A stretch of DNA of 41,235 bases from Planococcus sp. (in: firmicutes) (lineage in GTDB: Bacteria > Bacillota > Bacilli > Bacillales_A > Planococcaceae), in NCBI GenBank assembly GCA_035461045.1, contig DATHVY010000177.1, forward strand, positions 1 to 41,235, in the 5' to 3' direction. Position 1 is the stretch's first letter. Each line of letters begins with the position of its first letter. The notes beneath the pieces are model-generated. The model had not been told where the DNA came from, did not search any database, and worked only from the letters and a program-made list of their open reading frames with translations. Shown here piece after piece: positions 1 through 6,777 of this stretch. The position numbers were made by a program, and so were the translations under genes.

Positions 1-116
1 TGAAATCCTGTGCGATGAGTGCCTACCTATCCGGCGTAAACCCCTTTGATCAGCCAGGCGTCGAATTCTATAAACAAAATATGTTCCAATTACTCGGTAA
101 ACCCGGGTATGAATAG
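1..116 (+). CDS. pgi: glucose-6-phosphate isomerase, C-terminal fragment (5' truncated by window)
   Basis: Frame 3 reads [37 protein letters not shown]; NPFDQPGVE-x-YK is the PGI C-terminal signature; TAG at 114-116. Confidence 0.93.
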   Translation, partial: KSCAMSAYLSGVNPFDQPGVEFYKQNMFQLLGKPGYE

Positions 117-124
117 AAGAGAGT

Positions 125-168
125 AAAAAAACCCCCAAAGCTCTCAAGTGAGCGTTTTGGGGGTTTTT
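125..168. terminator. bidirectional intrinsic terminator between convergent pgi and the pro-peptide gene
   Basis: AAAAACCCCCAAA-GCTC...GAGC-g-TTTTGGGGGTTTTT hairpin flanked by A and T runs. Confidence 0.85.
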
Positions 169-184
169 GTATTAGTGGAGTTTA

Positions 185-517
185 TTAAACGGTTTTGTTT
201 GCGCTCCAAGGCTCGGTAACGCGGTAACCAACGGCGACATCAGAACGAGTACTCCAAGGCTCGGTAACGCGGTAACCAACGGCGACATCAGAACGAGTAC
301 TCCAAGGTTCGGTAACGCGGTAGCCAACGGCGACATCAGAACGAGTATTCCAAGGCTCGGTAACGCGGTAGCCAACGGCGACATCAGAACGAGTATTCCA
401 AGGTTCAGTGACACGGTAGCCAACAGCAGTATCATAGCTTTCAGTTGAATTATCAAGGATAGCTAATGAAGACAAAGCAAGTGCGGATGAAAACGTTAAT
501 ATTAAAATTTTTTTCAT
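185..517 (-). CDS. secreted signalling pro-peptide (Phr/NprX/PapR-like) with five tandem AVGYRVTEPW cores
   Basis: AGAGGAG RBS; ATG overlaps the receptor TGA (ATGA); Sec-type signal MKKILILTFSSALALSSLA; 16-aa repeats; double TAA stop; lies directly downstream of an HTH-TPR gene. Confidence 0.85.
   Translation of the reverse strand: MKKILILTFSSALALSSLAILDNSTESYDTAVGYRVTEPWNTRSDVAVGYRVTEPWNTRSDVAVGYRVTEPWSTRSDVAVGYRVTEPWSTRSDVAVGYRVTEPWSANKTV
204..433. repeat. 48-bp coding tandem repeat, about 4.8 units
   Basis: Units start at 204, 252, 300, 348, 396; unit 1 = unit 2 = CTCCAAGGCTCGGTAACGCGGTAACCAACGGCGACATCAGAACGAGTA; no spacers. Confidence 0.98.
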
Positions 518-1821
518 TGAATTTCACTCCTCTTTTTATTCACAATTAAGTTTTGAAAGGCTTGTTTTGCTATTTTTAAAGATTCTGAAGACTTTTTATA
601 TTCACCTAACTCGTAATATACATCTCCTAATAAGGCATAATAATAACCTATCTCATAAAAATTATTATTTAACTTTAAACTAGGTATTAGTTTGTCAACC
701 ACGAGTTCCTCAAATTCAATATAATTTTCTTGAATCAAATTATACAAAGCCATAATTTCTAAGTAACCTTCTTTAAAAGCTTGGTTAGTAGGTGAATCAA
801 AATTTAACTTATTGACCTTAATTATTTCTACCCCTTTTTCTGCCCAATTAAGAGCCTCTGAAGAATTTTTTAATTCAACATTACACTTAATCAAAACACA
901 ATGACTGAGCAAAATGTCAGCGGTATACTCTTTTGGTATATAACTTAATGTATGTTTCATATGCTCGAGAGAGGCTTCGTAGTCTTGTAAAAGATAGTAA
1001 GTATAAGCTAAATTAAACTCAGTTGTAAACCTAATGACATCATTTTCTAGTTTTCTGCCAATTGTGTATGCATTTAAATAGTGTTCTGCAGCTAGTTTAA
1101 AGTTTCCAAATTGAAATTGAGCCAGAGCGATATTTGAATGGCACTCTACAATCCGTTTCGGTATAAATTCCTGCTGATAAATTTTCAAAGCCATTTCTGA
1201 ATACTTACTTGCCATCTCAGTTTCCCAGCATTGTGCGGATGATATTCCGATCGAGTAGTAGAGATCTCCCATTTCTGAAGCTGGAATTGTTGGAGGTGCA
1301 ATCTTCTCAGCCATTAAATAAGTTTTTAACGCTGAATCATGATCGTTTAAAAGATAATGGTAGTTGCCCAAATATTTATGATACAGGTAATACTGTTCCT
1401 GGTTCATGAATTCTTGGAAACGATACATTTCTTTTATCTTGTCTTCCGCACTGTCCAGATCCCCCGTAATGATGAAATACCGTATTTGCTGGATTGAATA
1501 TTCAAGCTCTACGTCTTCATGGGAGTGCAGTAACGGGTGGTCATGGATATCAGCATAATGCTCCATGATTTTTCCTTTATTTTGTGGGTGAAGCAAAGAT
1601 GATTTGAAATTTTTAACAAGTACTTTGCCTACGGGGTTATCTTTGGGCGCCAGTGGTATGTTTAGTCTTTTGCAGAGCTGTTCTAAAATATCGAGTGAAG
1701 GTTCTTTATCACCCGTTTCATACTTTTTGAGATCTTTTACGGAAAGGATCTCGGAAGCAGTTTCTTCCAGACTCATGCGTTTTTTAAGTCGCTGGTATTT
1801 TAGGCGCATTCCAGTATTCAT
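514..1821 (-). CDS. RRNPP-family (NprR-like) peptide-sensing transcriptional regulator, N-terminal XRE HTH + TPR repeats, ~435 aa
   Basis: MNTGMRLKYQRLKKRMSLEETASEILSVKDLKKYETGDKEPSLDILEQLCKRL = XRE HTH; several TPR-like helices (YLGNYHYLLNDHDSALKTYLMA, LYYSIGISSAQ, SNIALAQFQFGNFKLAAEHY, FNLAYTYYLLQDYEASLEH, LLGDVYYELGEYKKS); start placed at 1821 behind GAAAGGAG RBS (ORF track starts at 1953). Confidence 0.85.
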   Translation of the reverse strand: MNTGMRLKYQRLKKRMSLEETASEILSVKDLKKYETGDKEPSLDILEQLCKRLNIPLAPKDNPVGKVLVKNFKSSLLHPQNKGKIMEHYADIHDHPLLHSHEDVELEYSIQQIRYFIITGDLDSAEDKIKEMYRFQEFMNQEQYYLYHKYLGNYHYLLNDHDSALKTYLMAEKIAPPTIPASEMGDLYYSIGISSAQCWETEMASKYSEMALKIYQQEFIPKRIVECHSNIALAQFQFGNFKLAAEHYLNAYTIGRKLENDVIRFTTEFNLAYTYYLLQDYEASLEHMKHTLSYIPKEYTADILLSHCVLIKCNVELKNSSEALNWAEKGVEIIKVNKLNFDSPTNQAFKEGYLEIMALYNLIQENYIEFEELVVDKLIPSLKLNNNFYEIGYYYALLGDVYYELGEYKKSSESLKIAKQAFQNLIVNKKRSEIQ

Positions 1822-2253
1822 TGGCTCTCTCCTTTCCGCTTTCATGGGGAGGACTTCCATCATCCATGTAGGAGAGTTGGACTCAAACTTTCTCGAGCTT
1901 TCCGATAAGTAAGATACCGAAAGTTTGTTTAATACGATATTTTCCACCTCCATAGACTTCAGTATACTTTAAACTTATATCTTTAATCCATGATATCATC
2001 AATTTTCAAAATAAACTGCATATTTATTTACCTAATTATGTATTTTTTTAAAAGGGTATTTAGTACCTACAAGATGGCTGCCTGAATAATTATCTATTTT
2101 AACTGGGTTAAATGTATTTCAAGGCTTAGTAACAAGCCATTGAAGCTTCAGGAATTTGTAGGTAAAAGCATTCTTATTCGATAATTTTAAAAAAGGATAA
2201 GCATGGCGACATAGGAAGAAAGTTGTCTGCTGAAATTGCGTTTTCCGCGGGAC

Positions 2254-2280
2254 GTTTTCAAAAACCTCTGTTTGGGGTAA
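2254..2280 (+). promoter_or_regulatory. putative SigB promoter
   Basis: GTTTTC-N15-GGGTAA upstream of a general stress protein gene. Confidence 0.6.
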
Positions 2281-2321
2281 AGATTTCTTAAAGAGTTTAA
2301 AAAAATGGAGGTAGTTTATTT

Positions 2322-2651
2322 ATGGGGTCAGTGAAAAGAGTTTTGGCGTTAGTCCACCATGTAGATGAATTGAAAAGTGAAATTGATAAATTGAAAACCC
2401 AAGGGTTCAAGGAAGAAGAGTTGAATCTGATTGCACAAGATACGGATCGCTTAGAGCAGTTTGAAAGGGATTCCGAAATTACTGCCGTAGAAGCAGGATC
2501 CTTCAAAGATCAATTCAAAAGCTTTATTACAGGAGAAAGCAGTGTACGTGAAGGATTGAAGACACTGGATTTATCAGAACAGGAACTTGAAGAATATACC
2601 AGGGATGTGGCGAGAGGCAGCATTTTGGTATATGTGGACATTGACGTATGA
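2322..2651 (+). CDS. general stress protein, YflT/17M-like domain
   Basis: GGAGG RBS; IDKLKTQGFKEEELNLIAQD...FKSFITGE...L..L.L...E.EEY..DV.RGSILV pattern typical of YflT-like domains. Confidence 0.75.
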   Translation: MGSVKRVLALVHHVDELKSEIDKLKTQGFKEEELNLIAQDTDRLEQFERDSEITAVEAGSFKDQFKSFITGESSVREGLKTLDLSEQELEEYTRDVARGSILVYVDIDV

Positions 2652-2683
2652 TCGGAATCGCTGCTTGCTAAGCATAATTGCAT

Positions 2684-2710
2684 GTTTTATCCCCTTACTT
2701 GAAAGGGTAC
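2684..2710 (+). promoter_or_regulatory. putative SigB promoter
   Basis: GTTTTA-N15-GGGTAC. Confidence 0.6.
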
Positions 2711-2747
2711 ATAATCGATAAGACGATAAACAGGAGGCTGATTTAAA

Positions 2748-3647
2748 ATGAAGTCAACAGATCGTGAAATTGAAGTAGTATACACACAGAATGAACTCGA
2801 AAACAAAATAGAGGAAATGAAGTCATGGGGCTATAATTCCAATGAAATCAAAGTATTGGCCAATGATTCGGATATCCTGAATTCGGTAGAAACTCAAACC
2901 GGGGTTCAGACCAAAGAAACAGAAACACTTGGCAGCAAATTCAAATCATTTTTTACCGGGGAAGACGCAGCGCGGGCCGAACTTTCAAAACTGAATTTGA
3001 ATTATGCGGAAGTGGATGATTATCAAAAGGCACTGGACAATGGCGGGCTTATTCTTTACACCGATCACCGAACAGAAAACCGTACCGGAGACCAGTTCAA
3101 GCGTAATACGGCTTTCGCGCCTTTTGGCCGCGATGTTGAACGGGATGGTAATAAGTTCGACGACCCGAAAATTGTCGATAGGGATGTAAAAGCGGATATC
3201 AACCAATCAAAAAAGGATTCCGGAGAAATTTACACAACTGAAGTTAGAAGAGAAGATCAGCACGGCCAACCTGGATATGCTGACAAGACACAGGATTCCC
3301 GTATGAAAGGTGAAAGCATTCATCCGACTGGTGATTCCAATAAAGACCAAGGTTCATTGAAAGAAAAAAGGATGGATCATGAACCTAACCTGGAGACAGA
3401 TGAGGGAGACCGCAACTTGAATCGGGAAGAAGGAGTCAATAAACGACAGGACGAACCTTCACCTGGCAACGATCTGAATTTGGGGCCTGCACCTTTTGGA
3501 AGGGACTCCGAAGAGCAACATCTGGTTAACAAAGAAAAGAAACGCAGAGAATTCGAAGAAACTGAAAGCCCTCCACATGAGCAAAAGAATATACGCGATG
3601 AAGTTGATAAAAAGATGGATACGCAAAGCACGCCAAGGCTCTTCTAA
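2748..3647 (+). CDS. general stress protein: YflT-like N-terminal domain plus long charged, probably disordered tail
   Basis: AGGAGG RBS; N-terminal ~105 aa paralogous to 2322-2651; C-terminal ~190 aa rich in D/E/K/R/Q/G. Confidence 0.75.
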   Translation: MKSTDREIEVVYTQNELENKIEEMKSWGYNSNEIKVLANDSDILNSVETQTGVQTKETETLGSKFKSFFTGEDAARAELSKLNLNYAEVDDYQKALDNGGLILYTDHRTENRTGDQFKRNTAFAPFGRDVERDGNKFDDPKIVDRDVKADINQSKKDSGEIYTTEVRREDQHGQPGYADKTQDSRMKGESIHPTGDSNKDQGSLKEKRMDHEPNLETDEGDRNLNREEGVNKRQDEPSPGNDLNLGPAPFGRDSEEQHLVNKEKKRREFEETESPPHEQKNIRDEVDKKMDTQSTPRLF

Positions 3648-3668
3648 GCTGGAGGCCAGAAAAACATG

Positions 3669-3709
3669 AACAAGCCGATTCTCCTTTAGGGAAGAATCGG
3701 CTTGTTTTT
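3669..3709 (+). terminator. intrinsic terminator
   Basis: AACAAGCCGATTCT / AGAATCGGCTTGTT stem followed by T run. Confidence 0.8.
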
Positions 3710-3735
3710 AGTTTTGGCATTTGATGACATAATCA

Positions 3736-3764
3736 AAAACACCGGCCATTAAGGCCGGTGTTTT
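3736..3764 (-). terminator. intrinsic terminator of the CsbD-family gene
   Basis: AAAACACCGGCC / GGCCGGTGTTTT stem. Confidence 0.75.
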
Positions 3765-3767
3765 GCA

Positions 3768-3953
3768 TTACTTACGATCTTTTTTTGTGTCGCCAATTGC
3801 GTCTTGAACATGGCCTTTAGCTTTATCAAACTTGCCTTCAGTTTGTTTGCCAGGGTCGTTAGTTGCGTTACCAACCTGATCTTTCACTTCGCCTTTTCCT
3901 TTATTCACTGCACCTTTGACTTTATCTGAAAAACTATCTTTGTTGTTACTCAT
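3768..3953 (-). CDS. csbD: CsbD family general stress protein
   Basis: DKVKGAVNKGKGEVKDQVGNATND...EGKFDKAKG.VQDAIG motif; AAGGAGG RBS. Confidence 0.9.
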   Translation of the reverse strand: MSNNKDSFSDKVKGAVNKGKGEVKDQVGNATNDPGKQTEGKFDKAKGHVQDAIGDTKKDRK

Positions 3954-3985
3954 ATGAAACGCCTCCTTAGTGTGTTATCTATTAT

Positions 3986-4010
3986 ATAACCGCAATCGTG
4001 AGGATTAAAC
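3986..4010 (-). promoter_or_regulatory. SigB promoter of csbD
   Basis: Minus strand GTTTAA-N13-GGTTAT, near consensus. Confidence 0.8.
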
Positions 4011-4021
4011 GTATTCAAAAC

Positions 4022-4050
4022 AAAAACCCGGCAAAAGTGACGGGTTTTTT
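4022..4050 (-). terminator. intrinsic terminator
   Basis: AAAAACCCG / CGGGTTTTT stem just past the stop of 4063-4344. Confidence 0.65.
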
Positions 4051-4062
4051 AAGAATCTGGTA

Positions 4063-4344
4063 CTATATAAGTGCAGATAAAGTGGTTTTTGCAGCATCCT
4101 GAACACTGATGCATAAATCCTGCTCTGCCAATCGATGCAAGGTGCCTAAAGGCGTGCACGGGTTTTGGGCGACTCCCTCTCTTACATCGACGTGCTGGTC
4201 CATGGATAAGTCCACAAGTAATCCTACGCAACTGATTGTTTTTGCCAATTCCGCTCTTTGTTCATGTTGCATTCTTAAAACTGCAGCTTCATCTGAGGGC
4301 GTCCAATCGGTTTTCTCCACGTAAAATTCTAAATTGCCATTCAT
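4063..4344 (-). CDS. small hypothetical protein with LRV/HEAT-like helical repeat
   Basis: AGGGGTG RBS before ATG at 4344; D-x-x-x-x-VR-x-x-VA-x-NP-x-TP-x-x-x-L-x-x-LA-x-x-D motif; own terminator. Confidence 0.6.
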   Translation of the reverse strand: MNGNLEFYVEKTDWTPSDEAAVLRMQHEQRAELAKTISCVGLLVDLSMDQHVDVREGVAQNPCTPLGTLHRLAEQDLCISVQDAAKTTLSALI

Positions 4345-4455
4345 ATAAGTATGCACCCCTATAATAAATTGTTTAAAAATTCTAACTATATATAGGATTA
4401 TATCATAAAACCTGTGTATTTAAACCTATAAATTACAAACCAGGAGGAGTAAATT

Positions 4456-5427
4456 ATGAAATTATTAATCATCGGCGGCACAAGTTTTATTGGACGGCAT
4501 ATCACCATGGAAGCGTCAAAAAAGGGGCATACCATCACTTTGTTTAACAGAGGCAAAAGCGATCCGTCGGCATTTCCTGAACTGAGATTGATCAAGGGAG
4601 ACAGACAGAAAGACGCTTATAAATTAGCTGGGGAAGAGTGGGACGCAGTGATCGACACTTCGGCATATACTCCTGGAGACCTGGAGCCTATGCTGCCTTA
4701 TATAAACACCGGACATTATACATTTGTTTCGACGATTTCGGTTTATGATAACTTTCGGGAGGGTCCGGTGGCTGAAGATGGTTCCACTCATACCCAAATC
4801 ATTAACTCGGACGAAGTGAACGGCAAAACATATGGTCCATTGAAAATGATGTGTGAAAACTTACTTCAAGATAAAATGAGGGACAAGCTGCTTATTGTGC
4901 GTCCTTGTATTGTCGCTGGTCCACATGATCCTACAGACCGATTCACCGACTGGGCGCTTAGGCTCGCGTCCAATCGGCCAGTGATTATTCCAGGGAGCAG
5001 AAGGAGAAAGATTCAATGGATTGATGTCAGGGATTTAGCGGAGTTCATCATCAACAAAGTTGAAGAGCAGTCAGTCGGGACATACAACGTGGCTTCAGAT
5101 CCGCTTTCAATGGAAGCGTTTGTGGAAGCCTTGCAAACAGGTGAAGTTGAAAAAATTTGGGTGGATGATGAGACGTTGTTGCGCCATGGCATTAAACCGT
5201 TTGAAATTCCGTTCTGGATGCCTGTCACCGAAGACTACCCGGATGGATTTATTCTAGTGGAGAACAGCCAGTCGAAAAAAGAAGGGTTACGCCTCACTCC
5301 GTTGGCTCAAACTGGAGAAGAGACACGAAAATGGTTTGGCGGGTTGTCTCGCCGGGAGCTCAAGGCCGGATTGGACAAACAGAAAGAAAATGAAATTTTG
5401 TTTAATATGCGTCAAAAAAGTGAATAA
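4456..5427 (+). CDS. NAD-dependent epimerase/dehydratase family (atypical SDR) protein
   Basis: IIGGTSFIG Rossmann motif, FNRG, YGPLK; AGGAGG RBS. Confidence 0.85.
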   Translation: MKLLIIGGTSFIGRHITMEASKKGHTITLFNRGKSDPSAFPELRLIKGDRQKDAYKLAGEEWDAVIDTSAYTPGDLEPMLPYINTGHYTFVSTISVYDNFREGPVAEDGSTHTQIINSDEVNGKTYGPLKMMCENLLQDKMRDKLLIVRPCIVAGPHDPTDRFTDWALRLASNRPVIIPGSRRRKIQWIDVRDLAEFIINKVEEQSVGTYNVASDPLSMEAFVEALQTGEVEKIWVDDETLLRHGIKPFEIPFWMPVTEDYPDGFILVENSQSKKEGLRLTPLAQTGEETRKWFGGLSRRELKAGLDKQKENEILFNMRQKSE

Positions 5428-5626
5428 TATGATATAAGGTTCCATATTCTTTACATTCAGGACATAATCTTAAATTTGGTGATATATTTCGAAACTTTAT
5501 CGTTCTCCGGCCGTCTAATGAAGATATAAGAAAAGTTCTTCAATTGTAAAGATGTTGTTTCAGTAGAAATTATGCTAAAATTGAACTGATTTGCTGAGAG
5601 AATTAAGTGTTTTAAGGAGGAAAGAC

Positions 5627-6706
5627 ATGCTATACCTGACAATGGTTTTGGCATTTATCGCTTCGATTGTTCTTACACCGATTGTTAAGCGGATTGCTTT
5701 CCGGTTAGGTGCGGTCGATAGTCCGAATTACAGGAAACTTCATACGCGCGTGATGCCGCGTCTTGGCGGACTGGCCATTTTCGGCTCGTTCCTCATGGGG
5801 TACATGATTTTAAGACCCGAAGATCCGATATCAAACTCAATTGAAGCTGCTCTTATTCCAATAGAGGCGGCGCTTTTGATTGGTGCTTTTTTAATTATCA
5901 TAACCGGTATCTTAGACGATATATATGAAATTACAGCTAAAGCAAAACTTTTTGGCCAAATCATTGCGGCCAGCATAGTCGTTATTGGCGGAGGCTTGGA
6001 AATTTCTTTCATCAACCTGCCTTTCGGGGGAGAAATCGATTTTGGCTATGCGAGTATTCCGTTGACCATATTGTGGATTGTCGGCATTACGAATGCCATC
6101 AACTTGATTGACGGCTTGGACGGGCTTGCTGCCGGAGTGTCATCGATCGCATTGCTCACTTTGGCTGGGATGGCCTTTATCATGGGCGACATTTTCGTTA
6201 TGTCGATTGCCGCCTTGTTGGCCGCAAGTTCTTTAGGCTTTCTGGCGTACAACTTTCATCCCGCAAAGATTTTTATGGGTGATACGGGAGCCTTGTTTCT
6301 GGGTTTTATGATCTCAGTACTGGCTTTGATGGGCTTTAAAAATGTTACGGTCGTAGCGTTGATCATTCCGATCATTATGCTGGGGGTACCGATTTCAGAC
6401 ACATTCTTCGCGATTGTCCGCCGAATAAGGGAGAAACAGCCTTTATCGGCACCGGATAAAGCACATCTTCACCATTGTTTACTGAATATCGGTTTTTCCC
6501 ATCGCCAGACGGTACTGATCATTTATGGCATCGCGGCGTTGTTCGGCTTAGCAGCGCTGTTGTTTTCCCAAGCTACCTTATGGGGAGGTATCCTGCTGGT
6601 TGGGGTTATGCTCCTCATCATTGAGCTGTTTGTCGAAGTGGTTGGTCTGGGTGGAAAAAATTATAAACCGCTGATCAATCTTGTGAAAATGATAGGTAAA
6701 GATTAA
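5627..6706 (+). CDS. tagO: undecaprenyl-phosphate GlcNAc-1-phosphate transferase (MraY/WecA family)
   Basis: PRLGGLAIF, GILDD, NAINLIDGLDGLAAG, FMGDTG, HLHH motifs; AAGGAGG RBS before ATG 5627. Confidence 0.9.
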   Translation: MLYLTMVLAFIASIVLTPIVKRIAFRLGAVDSPNYRKLHTRVMPRLGGLAIFGSFLMGYMILRPEDPISNSIEAALIPIEAALLIGAFLIIITGILDDIYEITAKAKLFGQIIAASIVVIGGGLEISFINLPFGGEIDFGYASIPLTILWIVGITNAINLIDGLDGLAAGVSSIALLTLAGMAFIMGDIFVMSIAALLAASSLGFLAYNFHPAKIFMGDTGALFLGFMISVLALMGFKNVTVVALIIPIIMLGVPISDTFFAIVRRIREKQPLSAPDKAHLHHCLLNIGFSHRQTVLIIYGIAALFGLAALLFSQATLWGGILLVGVMLLIIELFVEVVGLGGKNYKPLINLVKMIGKD

Positions 6707-6755
6707 AAGACAGGACATCAAGCCAAGTGCTTGATGTCCTGTCTTTTTTTTTTTT
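6705..6755. terminator. bidirectional terminator between tagO and the LCP gene
   Basis: 19-bp stem AAAAGACAGGACATCAAGC / GCTTGATGTCCTGTCTTTT with long T run. Confidence 0.9.
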
Positions 6756-6777
6756 GCAGAAAAAAACTTCTCAGTGT

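Noticed and set aside
204-433. CRISPR array
   Set aside because: Units are contiguous with no unique spacers, the period is a multiple of 3, variation is codon-synonymous and no cas genes are present
172-456. Alternative-frame 94-aa hydrophobic repeat ORF
   Set aside because: Shadow of the 48-bp repeat; no RBS, and nucleotide changes are silent only in the 185-517 frame
185-517. Multi-core RiPP precursor (graspetide, radical-SAM or P450 cross-linked Tyr/Trp peptide)
   Set aside because: No modifying enzyme, peptidase or transporter is adjacent, and it has a Sec signal peptide and is coupled to an HTH-TPR receptor; modification in trans cannot be excluded
185-1821. Phage arbitrium (aimR-aimP) system or prophage
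   Set aside because: No integrase, phage genes or att-like repeats nearby; architecture is closer to chromosomal NprR-like systems
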